A stretch of 64,000 nt of DNA, from the NCBI GenBank assembly GCA_963784595.1, contig CAWARX010000007.1, forward strand, positions 66,652 through 130,651, read 5' to 3'. The notes under the pieces are model-generated. The model worked only from the letters and a program-made list of their open reading frames with translations, was not told the origin of the DNA and made no database searches. Shown in pieces: positions 1 through 10,450 of the stretch; position 1 is the stretch's first letter, and every line of letters begins with the position of its first letter. Both the position numbers and the translations under genes were made by a program. Source of the stretch: an uncultured Actinomycetes bacterium. Lineage in GTDB: Bacteria > Actinomycetota > Acidimicrobiia > IMCC26256 > DASPTH01.

Positions 1-20
1 TTCGGCACCGAGGGCGGCTG

Positions 21-900
21 ATGACCCTTTCCACCGTCGTCACCTGGAACCTGGTGTTCAAAGGCGTCATCGGCGGGCTGATCACCGCGTTGGTGGCGAT
101 GGGCATCGTGCTCGTCTACCGCTCGTCGCGCGTCATCAACTTCGCGGTCGGGAGCATCGGCATCCCGGCGACCGCGCTGTTCGCGGTCATGGTCGGCGTC
201 CACCACTGGCCGTACTGGCCGTCGCTGTTCGCCGCTCTCGCCATCGGGACCCTCACCGGTGTGCTGGTGGAATTGGCGGTGATCCGCCGGCTGTTCAAGT
301 CACCGCGTGTCATCGTGCTCGTCGCCACCATCGGCGTCGCCCAGTTGTGCGAGGCGATCACGCTCTCGCTGCCGGAGTACCGCACCGGCTCGTTGCAGAC
401 CCAGTTCCCGTTGCCGTTCACGGGTACCTGGTACCCCGGTCTCGACATCGAGGTGTCGGCCAGCCAGTTGCTCGTCCTCATCGTCGTCCCGATCATCACC
501 GTCGGCCTGTGGTGGGTGCTGGGGCACACCGCGTTCGGTGACGCGGTACGCGCCTCGGCGTCGAACTCCGATCTCGCCCGCATGACCGGGATCAACCCGA
601 AGATGGTGTCGACGGGCGTCTGGGCCATCGCCGGCTTCCTCGGCACCGTGGCGATCCTCCTCACCGCCACCGACCAGACGTCGGCCGATCTCGTGCACAT
701 CGGTCCCGACACGCTCCTGCGGGGGATGGCCGCCGCCCTCATCGGGGGCATGGTGTCGTTCCCGCGCGCCGTGCTGGGTGCGGTCGCGATCGGGATCCTC
801 GACCGGGTGCTGTTCTTCAACTACACCGCCGACACCGGGCTGGTGCAGTTCGTCCTCTTCCTCGCGGTGCTCGTGCTGGTCGCGGTGGGTCAGTCGCAAC
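21..900 (+). pseudogene. Branched-chain amino acid ABC transporter permease, LivH-type domain. The frame has no stop codon and the coding signal moves to another frame near 880-900.
   Basis: In ORF 21..2117 the first ~290 aa are a typical inner-membrane translocator (GSIGIPATALFAVMVG, DAVRASASNSDLARMTGINPKMV, multiple TM stretches). After that the frame becomes Arg/Pro-rich with poor third-position GC and does not stop until 2117. Confidence 0.7.
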
Positions 901-2047
901 GACACCGGATCCGCCGGGGAGAGCTTCCAGTTCGCGCCCCGGATCGCCGCCGTGCCCGCGCGGCTCAAGAGCATCTGGTGGGTCAAACGAATGCCCCAGT
1001 TCCTCGCGGCGTTGGCCCTGCTCGCGGCGATGATCCTGCCGCTCCTGTCGGACAAGTCCGAGCGGCACCAGACCTGGGCGACCATCATCGCCTTCGCGCT
1101 GTGCGCGATCTCGGTGGTCGTGCTCACCGGATGGGGCGGCCAGCTGTCGCTCGGCCAGATGGCGTTCGCCGGGTTGGGCGCGCTCACCGCCGGTGCGCTC
1201 ATCCGCGGTCTGCAGTTCAACATCGGATGGCACGAGACCCGCTTCCTCGACGGCGGACTCCCCGGCATCTCGTTCCCGTGGGCCCTGATCCTCGGTGCGA
1301 GCTTCGCGAGTCTGGTCGCCGTCGTCGTCGGCGTGGGGGCGCTGCGCGTCCGGGGCCTGCTGCTCGCGATCAGCACGCTGGCGTTCGCGATCGCCGCCCA
1401 GGCGTACATCTTCAACCGGCCGATCTTCACCGCGGGAAGCACCACGATCGAGGTTCCCCGCGCCGATCTGGGGCCGCTCGAGCTCACCCACCGCAACCGC
1501 GCCTACTACTACTTCGTGCTGTTCCTGCTCGTCCTGGTACTCCTGCTCGTCGGGCACCTCAAGCGCACCGGGATCGGGCGCATGATCGTCGGGGTGCGGG
1601 AGAACGAGCTGGGGGCGGCGGCGATGACGGTGTCGCCGGCTCGGGCGAAGCTGCTCGCGTTCGCGATGGGCGGGTTCATCGCCGGCCTCGGTGGTGTGCT
1701 CCTCGGCGCGGTGAACCTCACGTTCGCGCCCGCCGAACAGCACTACTTCCTCGTCGACGACTCGTTGCGGCTCATCGCCATCGTCGTGATCGGCGGGCTC
1801 GGCAGCCTCTCCGGCGCGGTGCTCGGCGCGGTGTGGGTCATCGGCCTGCCCGCGTTCTGGCCGAGCAACAACCTGGTGCCGTTGTTCACGTCGAGCATCG
1901 GCCTGCTCATCATCCTGCTCTACATCCCCGGCGGCTTCGTCCAGATCGGCTACTACGCCCGCGACTCGCTGCTGCGGTGGGTCGACAAGCGGATGGGTCC
2001 GATCGACACGACGAAGACCGTCACCGCGCCGCCCGCGTCGTTGCGGC
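893..2047 (+). pseudogene. Branched-chain amino acid ABC transporter permease, LivM-type domain. It is unterminated and runs into the ATPase region.
   Basis: In the frame of ORF 778..2958, high GC3 begins near 893 with a protein-like linker (NDTGSAGESFQFAPRIAAVPARLKSIWWVK). The LivM core follows (GWGGQLSLGQMAFAGLGA, GIGRMIVGVRENELGAAAMTVSPARAKLLAF). There is an internal ATG at 991 and no stop before 2958. Confidence 0.7.
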
Positions 2048-2872
2048 GTGCGGCGCCGCTCCCCCGCGTCGCTCAACGCCGACGGCAGCGTTCTCGCGAC
2101 CGAGCACCTCACCGTGAAGTTCGGTGGTCTCACCGCGGTCGACGACGTCGAGTTCCGGGCCATGCCCGGGGAGGTGATCGGGCTCATCGGGAACAACGGG
2201 GCCGGCAAGTCGACCCTGCTGAACGCCATCGGTGGGTACGTCCCCGCCAAAGGCACGGTCGAGTTGCTCGGTCGCGACGTGGGCCGCAAGAAGGCACACC
2301 AGCGCGCCCGGCTCGGGCTCGGCCGCACGTTCCAAGCGGCCAAGCTCTACCCCGAGCTCACCGTGCGCGACACCGTGCAGCTCGCGCTCGAGGCACGCGA
2401 GCCCTCGTCGTTCTGGGGTTCGTTGCTGTGGGTGCCGTCGGTCCGTCCGGAGCGGAAGAAGTACGCCGAGGCGAGCGAGCTCATCGACTTCCTCGGCCTG
2501 GGCCGGTACGCCGACCGCTACGTCGCCGAGCTGTCGACCGGCACCCGGCGAATCGTCGAGCTGGCGACCGTCCTCGCGGTGGCGCCCCGGGTCATCTGCC
2601 TCGACGAGCCGACCGCCGGCGTCGCCCAGCGCGAGGCCGAGGCGTTCGGCCCGCTCATCCTGCGCGTCCAGCAGGAGCTCGACGCCACCCTCGTCGTGGT
2701 CGAGCACGACCTGCCGCTGATCCTGTCGATCAGCTCCCGCATCTACTGCCTCGAGGCGGGCCGGGTGATCGCCGAGGGCCTGCCGGGCGACATCCGGGAC
2801 GATCCCCGGGTGGTGTCGTCGTACCTCGGCACCGACGAGCGGGCCATCCAGCGGAGCAACGCGCCGGGGTAG
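2048..2872 (+). CDS. Branched-chain amino acid ABC transporter ATP-binding protein (LivG-like)
   Basis: 274-aa ORF with a GTG start. It carries Walker A GNNGAGKST, ABC signature LSTGTRR and Walker B VICLDEPTAGV. Confidence 0.85.
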   Translation: MRRRSPASLNADGSVLATEHLTVKFGGLTAVDDVEFRAMPGEVIGLIGNNGAGKSTLLNAIGGYVPAKGTVELLGRDVGRKKAHQRARLGLGRTFQAAKLYPELTVRDTVQLALEAREPSSFWGSLLWVPSVRPERKKYAEASELIDFLGLGRYADRYVAELSTGTRRIVELATVLAVAPRVICLDEPTAGVAQREAEAFGPLILRVQQELDATLVVVEHDLPLILSISSRIYCLEAGRVIAEGLPGDIRDDPRVVSSYLGTDERAIQRSNAPG

Positions 2873-2905
2873 TCACCCCGGCGCGTTGCCCCTCGGAGCC
2901 CGTTC

Positions 2906-4279
2906 TCAGCCCGCCGCCTTGGCGCACTTGCCGCCGCTGGCGTCCTCGATCGGGGTGATGGTCTTCCAGTCGCCCGTCGAACCGATGCTCGAGTCGTACG
3001 CCACGAGGCGGAAGCTGTCCTCGGCCGCGTACTTCCCCTTGCAGAGCGACGCGTACTTGTCGGGCACGAGTGCGATCGGGCCCAGCGTGTCGACCGTCTT
3101 CTGCCAGTTCTTCACGGTCAGGTTGGGGCCGACCTTCTTGGCGATGTCGCGGAACATGAACAGCTCACCGCAGAAGTCGACGACGGCGACGTCGGTCTGG
3201 ACCTTCTTGCCCGAGCTGTCGACCTTCTCGTCGTTGGGTCCCGGGACCTTGGTGCCCGATGCCTTCTGGTAGATGTCGACGCACTGCTTGAGCAGCGGGC
3301 TCTTGTTGGCCCACCGCTCGCTCGGCGTCAGCCCGGTGCCACTGAGGATCCCCTCGTAGGGGTTCGGCTTCTTCCCGGCCGAGGCTTCGTCGCGCGCCTG
3401 CTGGATGACGGTGTCGGTGTCGGTCACGAGCTGCACCTTGGGCATCGCGCTCTTGATGGTCTCGGCGAACTGCTTCGACGAGACGTCGTTGCCGGCCAGG
3501 AACACCGTGTTGACGCCCTCGCTCTTCCACTTCTCGATGAAGCTGTCGAGCTGCGCCTGGGCGGCGGTGGTGTCGGTGCCGGTGATGGTCAGGATGGCGG
3601 TCGATCCCGTCTTGACCTTGGCCTTCTTCAGTGCGGGGACGATGACGTCGTTGACCCCGCCTTCGTTGTTCTTGTCACCCATGACGGCCACGGTCTTGCC
3701 CTTGAGCCGGCCCGTCGAGGCCAGCAGGTTGATCAGCGAGGCCGACACGCCCTGTTTGGTGGCGTCGGCCGTGAGCAGCAGGCCACCGGGCGCGGCGTCG
3801 ATCCACGGCTGGTCGAGCTCGTGGCCGATGTGGATCACCTGGTGTTCCTTGGCGAGGCACAGCTGGCCCTGGCCGGTGAAGTCGATGAAGACGCCCAGCA
3901 CGGCGAAGACCTTGTCGTCCTCGGCCCACGACGTACACAGCGACAGCGGGTCGGGCTTGCCCCCGGGGATCGGCGGGTACTCCTTGAACACCGGCACGAT
4001 CTTGCGGCCGTTGATGCCGCCGTTGTTGTTGATGAAGTCGACGTACGTCTGTGCGATCTGCTTCTGCTCGCCATGGTTGAAGTCGACGAAGTCCTTGATC
4101 GCGTTGTAGTCGACGAGCGCGATCCCGACCTTGATCGAGTCCTTGGTGACGCCTTGCGTGGCGCTCGAGCTCCCGCTCGACACGCCGCGGGTGCTCGCAC
4201 CCAGCGTGAGCGCGGCGATGGCGAGCGTGATCATGCAGACGGACAGCGCCGATCGGCGCCGTAGACGTGTCCTGGCCAT
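2906..4279 (-). CDS. ABC transporter substrate-binding protein (Leu/Ile/Val-binding-like, type 1 periplasmic binding fold)
   Basis: This is the C-terminal 457 aa of ORF 2906..4405. The internal ATG at 4279 gives a signal-like N-terminus (MARTRLRRRSALSVCMITLAIAALTLGAS). GC3 is high, and the gene is convergent with the Liv permease/ATPase genes. Confidence 0.8.
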   Translation of the reverse strand: MARTRLRRRSALSVCMITLAIAALTLGASTRGVSSGSSSATQGVTKDSIKVGIALVDYNAIKDFVDFNHGEQKQIAQTYVDFINNNGGINGRKIVPVFKEYPPIPGGKPDPLSLCTSWAEDDKVFAVLGVFIDFTGQGQLCLAKEHQVIHIGHELDQPWIDAAPGGLLLTADATKQGVSASLINLLASTGRLKGKTVAVMGDKNNEGGVNDVIVPALKKAKVKTGSTAILTITGTDTTAAQAQLDSFIEKWKSEGVNTVFLAGNDVSSKQFAETIKSAMPKVQLVTDTDTVIQQARDEASAGKKPNPYEGILSGTGLTPSERWANKSPLLKQCVDIYQKASGTKVPGPNDEKVDSSGKKVQTDVAVVDFCGELFMFRDIAKKVGPNLTVKNWQKTVDTLGPIALVPDKYASLCKGKYAAEDSFRLVAYDSSIGSTGDWKTITPIEDASGGKCAKAAG

Positions 4280-4398
4280 GTGGATCCCCCCCGGGTCTTC
4301 GGCTGGGCGAGAACGTACAGCGGTCTGAGGCGTTTGTCCCGTCAACCCCACGTTTGACCGGCAGGACCGGCGTACTGTGAGCCCCGGGAGGAGGCACG

Positions 4399-5782
4399 AT
4401 GGCACCGCGGATCACGATCATCGGGGGTGGCAGCTACCAGTGGACCCCGAAGCTGCTGGTCGATTTCGTCAACACACCCGCGCTACGCGAGGCCGAGATC
4501 GTGCTCCACGACATCGATCCGGCGCCGCTGCCGAAGATGGTGGCGCTGGCCGAGCACCTCGCAGGCGTCGCCGGCACCGGCCTCACGGCCCGGTGCACGA
4601 CCGACCGCCGGGTCGCGCTCGAGGGTGCCGAGTTCGTCGTCGCCAACATCTCGACCGGGGGCTTCGCGTCGATGCGCCACGACCTGGAGATCCCGGCCCG
4701 CCACGGCGTACGCCAGTCCGTCGGCGACACCGTCGGCCCGGGCGGGATCATGCCGCGCGCTCCGCAACGTCCCGGTGTTCCTCGACATCGCCCGTGACGT
4801 CGAGCAGTGCTGTACCGACGCCTGGCTGCTCAACCTCACCAACCCGATGGCGACGATCTGCCGGGCGCTCACCCGTGAGACGCCGCTCAAGACCGTCGGA
4901 CTGTGCCACGAGATCACGATCACGCAGTTCCTGCTGAGCCTCCTGCTCGACGTCAGCTTCCTGGACCTCACGCTCACGGTCGGTGGCGTGAACCACCTCC
5001 CGTTCGTGACCGCCGTCGACGTCGCCGGGGACGACGGGTTCGGCCTGCTCCGGGCGATCCTCGGCGACGCCGACCGGCGGGCGGGCGAACCGCTGGCGAT
5101 GGCGGTGCCCGACGGCCTGGGCTTCGTCAAGGTCTCCGCGGTACCCGGCTGGACCAAGGGCGATGTGCTCCACAACTGGCGGGTGAAGCTCGAGCTGTTC
5201 TCGCGTTTCGGCGTGCTCCCGGGCGCGGGCGACCGGCACGTGGCCGAGTTCTTCCCGAATTTCCTCACCGAGGAATCGGGCTGGGGCGAACGGTGGGGCA
5301 TCGGTCTCACCACGATCGCCGATCGGGAGCGTGACCAGGACGCCCACGTCGCGGTGGTCGACACGATGCTCACGTGCGACCGGGTGGAGTCCCTGCCGTC
5401 AGGTGAGATGGTTGCGCCGGTGATCCAGTGCCTGCTGCTGGACCGGCCCGGGCAGTTCCCCCTCAACATCCCGAACGAGGGACAGGTCGCCGATCTCCCC
5501 CTCGGCGCCACCGTCGAGAGCATCTGCATCGTCGACGGTGGTGGCGTCCGGGGGCGTGACGCGGTGGCGCTCCCGGTGGGCATGGCCGAGTGCCTGCGTC
5601 GCGTCTCGGCGTCCCAGGAGCTGACGGTCGACGCCGCGGTGACCGGCGACCGTGACACCGCGTTCGCGGCGATGCTGCTCGACCCGTTGACCAGCCGCAT
5701 CGACTACGACGCGATCGCGCGCATGACCGACGAGATGTTCGTCGCCACCGCCGAATGGTTGCCGCAGTTCGCGGCCCCCTGA
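4399..5782 (+). pseudogene. Glycoside hydrolase family 4 (NAD-dependent 6-phospho-glucosidase / alpha-glycosidase type), frameshifted
   Basis: The N-terminus MAPRITIIGGGSYQW (NAD fold) lies in ORF 4399..4797 and the rest lies in ORF 4427..5782 (RALRNVPVFLDIARDV, NLTNPM, GLCHE). The join GPGGIM|RALRNVP needs removal of one base in atgCCgcgcgc near 4754. An SD gggaggagg sits upstream. Confidence 0.85.
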
Positions 5783-5846
5783 TCATCGGGATGTGCGGCG
5801 CACGCCTCCCACCGCGAGACTGCCGTCGCCATCCAAGGGGGGTCAG

Positions 5847-7407
5847 GTGCAGGAACAGCCGAGGGGGTTCTGGGCCGCGGCACGTGAAGAGCCCGCACAC
5901 GTGTCGCGCTCGTCGACGCCGAAGAGCGTTCGTGGACCGCCGGCGAGCTGCTCGCCGGTGCCAACCGCATGGTCCACGCGCTGCGTGCGCCGCGGCGTAC
6001 GGCCGTTCGACCCGGTGGCGACGCTCACCGCGAACTCGGCCGAGCTGTTCCAGACACTGCTCGCCGTCTTCCAGGGGGGCTGGCAGTACGTGCCGCTCAA
6101 CACCCACCTGACCGCGCCCGAGGTCGCGTACATCCTGGCGGACTCGGGAGCCACCGCGCTCGTCGCCGACGCAGCGCTACGCGGAGGTGGCGCGCGAGGC
6201 CGCCGAGGCCGCAGGCGTGCCGGTCGCGGGACGGATCGCGATCGGCGAGATCCCGGGGTTCATCTCGCTCGACGACCTCCTCGCCGATCAGCCCGACGCC
6301 ACCCCCGAGGATCGGGTCGCCGGGCAGTTCATGCAGTACACGTCGGGCACGACTGGGCGCCCGAAGGCCGTCCAGCGCGATCTGCCGCGGTTCGACCCCG
6401 AGACGTGGGTCGCGAACTACAGCGCCAACCTCACCCGCTACGACATCGAACCCGGCGGTGACGGCGTCCACCTCGTCACGTCGCCGATGTACCACCTGTC
6501 GCCGCTGTCATTCGGCTACTTCTCGTTGCACCTCGAGCACGCCGTGGTCCTCATGGAGCGCTGGGACGCCGAGCGCGCACTCCAGCTGATCGACCGGTAT
6601 CGCGTGACCGACGTGGCGATGGTGCCGACGCAGCTCCACCGGCTCATGGCGCTGCCCGACGAGCGTGCGCGCGCGAGCTACGACGTGTCGTCGCTGCGGC
6701 AGGTGATCCACGCCGCGGCGCCCTGCCCCATCGACCTCAAGTGGCGGTTGTTCGAATGGTTGGGCCCGGTCGTCTACGAGTTCTACGGGGCGTCGGAGGG
6801 AGGCGGCACCATCGCCAAGCCGCACGACTGGCTCGCGCATCCGGGGACGGTGGGCGCGCCGTGGCCGGGCGCCGACGTCAAGGTCCTCGACGACGACGGC
6901 AAGGAGGTTCCGCCGGGCACGGTCGGCACCGTGTACCTGAAGCTGATGGGGGACTTCGCGTACAAGGGTGATCCCGACAAGACGGCCGCGAACCGCCACG
7001 GTGACTACTTCACCGTCGGCGACATGGGCGAGCTCGACGACGAGGGCTTCCTCTACCTCCGCGACCGCAAGATCGACATGATCGTGTCGGGCGGCGTCAA
7101 CGTCTACCCGGCCGAGGTGGAGGCCGTCTTGCTGTCGCACCCCGAAGTGGGCGACGCTGCGGTCTTCGGGATCCCCGACGACGACTGGGGCGAAGTGGTG
7201 AAGGCGGTGGTGGAGCCGGCGGCCGGTGTGGTGCCGTCACCCGAGCTCGCGGCGGAGCTGGTCTTGCACTGTGAGGAACGGCTGGCCCGCTACAAGCTCC
7301 CGCGCAGCCTCGACTTCGTCGACGCGATGCCGCGCGATCCCAACGGCAAGCTCTACAAGCGCACGCTCCGCGACCCCTACTGGGTGGGTCGCGAGCGCGC
7401 CATCTGA
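5847..7407 (+). pseudogene. Acyl-CoA synthetase (AMP-forming, FadD-like), three apparent frameshifts
   Basis: It is a paralog of the intact gene at 18099..19673 and aligns segment by segment. GFWAAAREEPAH is in frame 0, VALVDAEERSWTAGELLAGANRMVHALRA in frame 2, GVRPFDPVATL...WQYVPLNTHLTAPEVAYILADSGATALVADA in frame 0, and from ~6177 ORF 6187..7407 (YTSGTTGRPK, C-terminal KLYKRTLRDPYW). The GTG start at 5847 follows aagggggg. Confidence 0.8.
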
Positions 7408-7433
7408 CGCCGATCGACTGAAGGGAACCGTCC

Positions 7434-7859
7434 ATGTCCCGTGTCCCCATCGAAGCGGGGTACTTCCGCATCCCCGACGACCCCGCGGAGCCGCCGCGCC
7501 TGTTGGGGAGCAAGTGCCCGAACTGCGGGGAAGTGTTCTTCCCGCGTCGCATGGTGTGCGCGCAGTGCCTGCACGAGGGTTGCGACGACGTCGAGCTCTC
7601 GACTCGCGGACGCTTGTGGACGTGGACGTACTGCCACGTGCCGCTCTTCGGGAAGAAGGATGCCGACGTGCCGGGTTACGGCGTGGGGCAGGTCGACCTC
7701 GCGGAGGGTCCGCGGATCCAGGCCATCCTGCTCGGCGGACCCGACGACTTCGAGATCGGTATGGACCTCGATCTCGACCTCGAGACCCTGCGCACCAACT
7801 CCGACGGCGACGAGGTCGTGATCTACCGGTTCCGACCCGTGGAAGGAAGCGACGGCTGA
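7434..7859 (+). CDS. DUF35 family Zn-ribbon/OB-fold protein (acyl-CoA-associated)
   Basis: 141-aa ORF with the rubredoxin-like motif CPNCGEVFFPRRMVCAQC followed by an OB-fold-like region. Its TGA overlaps the ATG of the next gene (TGATG). Confidence 0.8.
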   Translation: MSRVPIEAGYFRIPDDPAEPPRLLGSKCPNCGEVFFPRRMVCAQCLHEGCDDVELSTRGRLWTWTYCHVPLFGKKDADVPGYGVGQVDLAEGPRIQAILLGGPDDFEIGMDLDLDLETLRTNSDGDEVVIYRFRPVEGSDG

Positions 7860-9033
7860 TGCGACACGGGCTGCAATTCGAAGGGGTGGCGGTCGCCGGG
7901 ATCGGCATGGTCCGGTTCGGGATGTTGCGCGACTACCCGATGATGCACATGGCGCGCGACGCCGGGCTGGCCGCGCTGCACGACGCGGGCATGACGCTCG
8001 CCGACGTCGACGAGGCGATGGTCGGCTACATCCAGCCGTCGTCGATGCTCGGCGTCAAGGCGATGAAGGAGCTGGGGCTCACCGGGCTGCCCGTCACGCA
8101 CATCGAGAATGCGTCGGCCACCGGACTCGTCGCGTTCCGCGAGGCGGCGTGGGCGGTGTCGTCGGGTCGGGCCGACGTCGCCATGGCCCTCTGCTTCGAC
8201 AAGTTCACCGAGATGGCGGGCACCGGAGGCCGGGGGGCCGGTCGCGAGTCAATCGACGCGCCGATCCTCCCCGCGTCGTACTTCGCCATGTGGGCGCAGC
8301 GGCGGATGCACGACCGCGGGACATCGGTGGAGCACTTCGCCCGGATCGCGGCCAAGAACTGGAACTACGGCGCGGTGAGCCCGATGTCGCACCGCCGGCC
8401 CGATCACGTCGTCACCCCGGAGGAGGTCCTGGCATCGAGGATGGTCGCGCAGCCGCTCACCACGATGATGTGCTGTCCGGCCGACGACGGCGCCGCGTGT
8501 GTGATCCTCGCCCGCGACGAGATCGTGCGTGCCCGACAGCCGGACCGACCGCTGGTACGACCGCTGGCGTCGGCCCTGCAGTCGGAGACATACGCACGTG
8601 GTCACACGTTCGTCGGCCCGGTCGTCGGACCGTCGACCATGACGCGCGACACCGCGCTCGAGTGCTACGAGGCGGCCGGGCTGGGACCCGAGGACGTGAG
8701 CGTCGCGTACTGCCACGACGCGTTCGTCAACGAGGAGCTCGAGTACTACGAGCTGTTGGGCTTCTGCGGCGAGGGCGAGGGCGACAAGCTGGTCGAGGAG
8801 GAGGAGACCGGCCCGGGGGGACGCATCCCGTTCAACACCGACGGGGGGCTCACCGCCCGCGGTCATCCGGGCGGGCCGACCGGCCTGGCCATCGTCCACG
8901 AATGCGTGCAACAGCTCCGGGGCGAGGCGGAAGGCCGCCAGGTGGAAGGCGCGCACGCGTCGCGCTCGCGCACCTGGTCGGCGGTGGGAGCGTCTGCACG
9001 GTGAACCTGCTCGGTACCGACGGAAGGGTGTGA
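7859..9033 (+). pseudogene. Thiolase-fold protein (SCP-x/Ltp-like), frameshifted near the 3' end. Ser sits at the expected nucleophile position.
   Basis: The body lies in the frame of ORF 7226..9004 from the ATG at 7859 (GIGMVRFG, HIENASATGLVAF, CHDAFV, NTDGGLTARGHPGGPTG). The family-typical end RVALAHLVGGGSVCTVNLL is in the frame of ORF 8149..9033, and the join lies near 8950 in gcgcacgcg. Confidence 0.75.
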
Positions 9034-9416
9034 TGATGGCGACCGACGACGACCTGCGCGCCGCGGGCAAGGAGATCCAGGGCCAACTGTGGCCGGCGAC
9101 GAGGAACACGCCCGCGGGCCAGTTCCCGGCGGCGAAGCTCGCCCCTGACTTCTTCGACTACGTGCAGCAGACCGCGTTCGGGATGGTCTGGTCGCGTCCG
9201 GGCCTGGCGGTGCGCGACCGGTCGATGATCACGGTGGCGATGCTGGCGTCGCTCGGCCACCTCGAGGAGCTCCGCGCCCACCTCGCCGGCGCCACCAGCG
9301 TCGGGCTCTCGCGCGACGAGCTGGTCGAGGTGCTGATGCAGGTGGCCGTCTACGCGGGCGTCCCCGCCGCGGTGGCCGCCCTGCGCGTCGCCGCCGACGT
9401 CCTCGGCACCGACTGA
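9033..9416 (+). CDS. Carboxymuconolactone decarboxylase (CMD/AhpD-like) family protein
   Basis: ORF 9030..9416 carries a CMD-like helical core (FGMVWSRPGLAVRDRSMITVAMLASLG, ELVEVLMQVAVYAGVPAA). The ATG at 9033 overlaps the upstream TGA. Confidence 0.7.
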   Translation: MMATDDDLRAAGKEIQGQLWPATRNTPAGQFPAAKLAPDFFDYVQQTAFGMVWSRPGLAVRDRSMITVAMLASLGHLEELRAHLAGATSVGLSRDELVEVLMQVAVYAGVPAAVAALRVAADVLGTD

Positions 9417-9428
9417 CCTCCGAGCGAG

Positions 9429-9479
9429 CGAAGTTGCGTCGTTGCGACGTCATAGTGATGTACGAGCGACGCAACTTCG
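9429..9479. terminator. Intergenic hairpin between convergent genes (candidate bidirectional terminator)
   Basis: A perfect 13-bp inverted repeat, cgaagttgcgtcg (9429-9441) / cgacgcaacttcg (9467-9479), has a 25-nt loop. It lies exactly between the stops at 9416 (+) and 9484 (-). There is no U-tract. Confidence 0.4.
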
Positions 9480-9483
9480 TTGG

Positions 9484-10359
9484 TCAGGGGGACCAGCGGA
9501 GCTCGACGTCGCCCTGACGCTCGGCGGCGGCGACGAGGTCGCTCCAGTCGTGTTCGCCCAGGCCGGCCGCGATGGCGCCCACCAGCACCTGGAGGACGGC
9601 GCCCCCCGCGGGTGTCGGCACGCCGAGGGCGCGCCCGGTCTCCACGATCAGGCCAGCGTCCTTGGCCGCGAGGCCGAGCGCGAACTGCGTGGGACGGTCG
9701 CGGGCGTCGATCGACTCGACCATCCGGTCCAGATAGAAGTTGGCGACGCCGTTGGTGCGCAGCACCTCCACCGCCTGCTGCACGGGGATACCGGACTTCG
9801 CCGCCAGCGACAACCCCTCGAGGCTGACCCAGGTCGTGGTGAACACGATGAGGCTGTTCACGAGCTTCATGGTGTTGCCGAGCCCCAACGGGCCGAGGTG
9901 CACGAACGCGCGCCCGAGCGGCTCGAGCACGGGCCGGACCCGTGCCACCGCGTCGTCGTCACCGCCGACCATGAACGACAGCATCCGATGTTCGGCGCCG
10001 GGGGCGCCGCCGGTGAGCGGTGCCTCGACGAGATGGTGCCCCGACCCGGCGAGTGACGTCCCGAGCTCGCGCACGACCTCGGGACTGTTGGTCGAGAGGT
10101 CGACGAGGATCGCGTCGGGCGCCGCGGTGACGCTCCACTCGTCGGCCACCTGCCGGACGACAGCGGGCGTCGGGAGCGACAACACGGTGATCTCACTCGC
10201 CGTGCCGACCTCGGCGACCGTCGCGACGGCGCGTGCTCCGTCGATCGTGCCGGCACGCGCCTCGTCCACGTCGAACACCACGACGTCGTGCCCGTCGGTG
10301 ACGAGATTCGCCGCGACGTGACCGCCGATGTTCCCGAGCCCGACGACTCCGACCCGCAT
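9484..10359 (-). CDS. NAD(P)-dependent oxidoreductase, 3-hydroxyisobutyrate/6-phosphogluconate dehydrogenase-like
   Basis: 291-aa ORF with the N-terminal Rossmann motif VGVVGLGNIGG and the family-typical GLGNTMKLVNS. Confidence 0.8.
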   Translation of the reverse strand: MRVGVVGLGNIGGHVAANLVTDGHDVVVFDVDEARAGTIDGARAVATVAEVGTASEITVLSLPTPAVVRQVADEWSVTAAPDAILVDLSTNSPEVVRELGTSLAGSGHHLVEAPLTGGAPGAEHRMLSFMVGGDDDAVARVRPVLEPLGRAFVHLGPLGLGNTMKLVNSLIVFTTTWVSLEGLSLAAKSGIPVQQAVEVLRTNGVANFYLDRMVESIDARDRPTQFALGLAAKDAGLIVETGRALGVPTPAGGAVLQVLVGAIAAGLGEHDWSDLVAAAERQGDVELRWSP

Positions 10360-10450
10360 CTGCGCCTCCCCGTTGTGGGGCTCCCCGGCGAGCCCGATGC
10401 CGCACGGTACCTCGTGGCGCGGGTGGCGCGTCGCGGGTTAGGTTGCCGCG

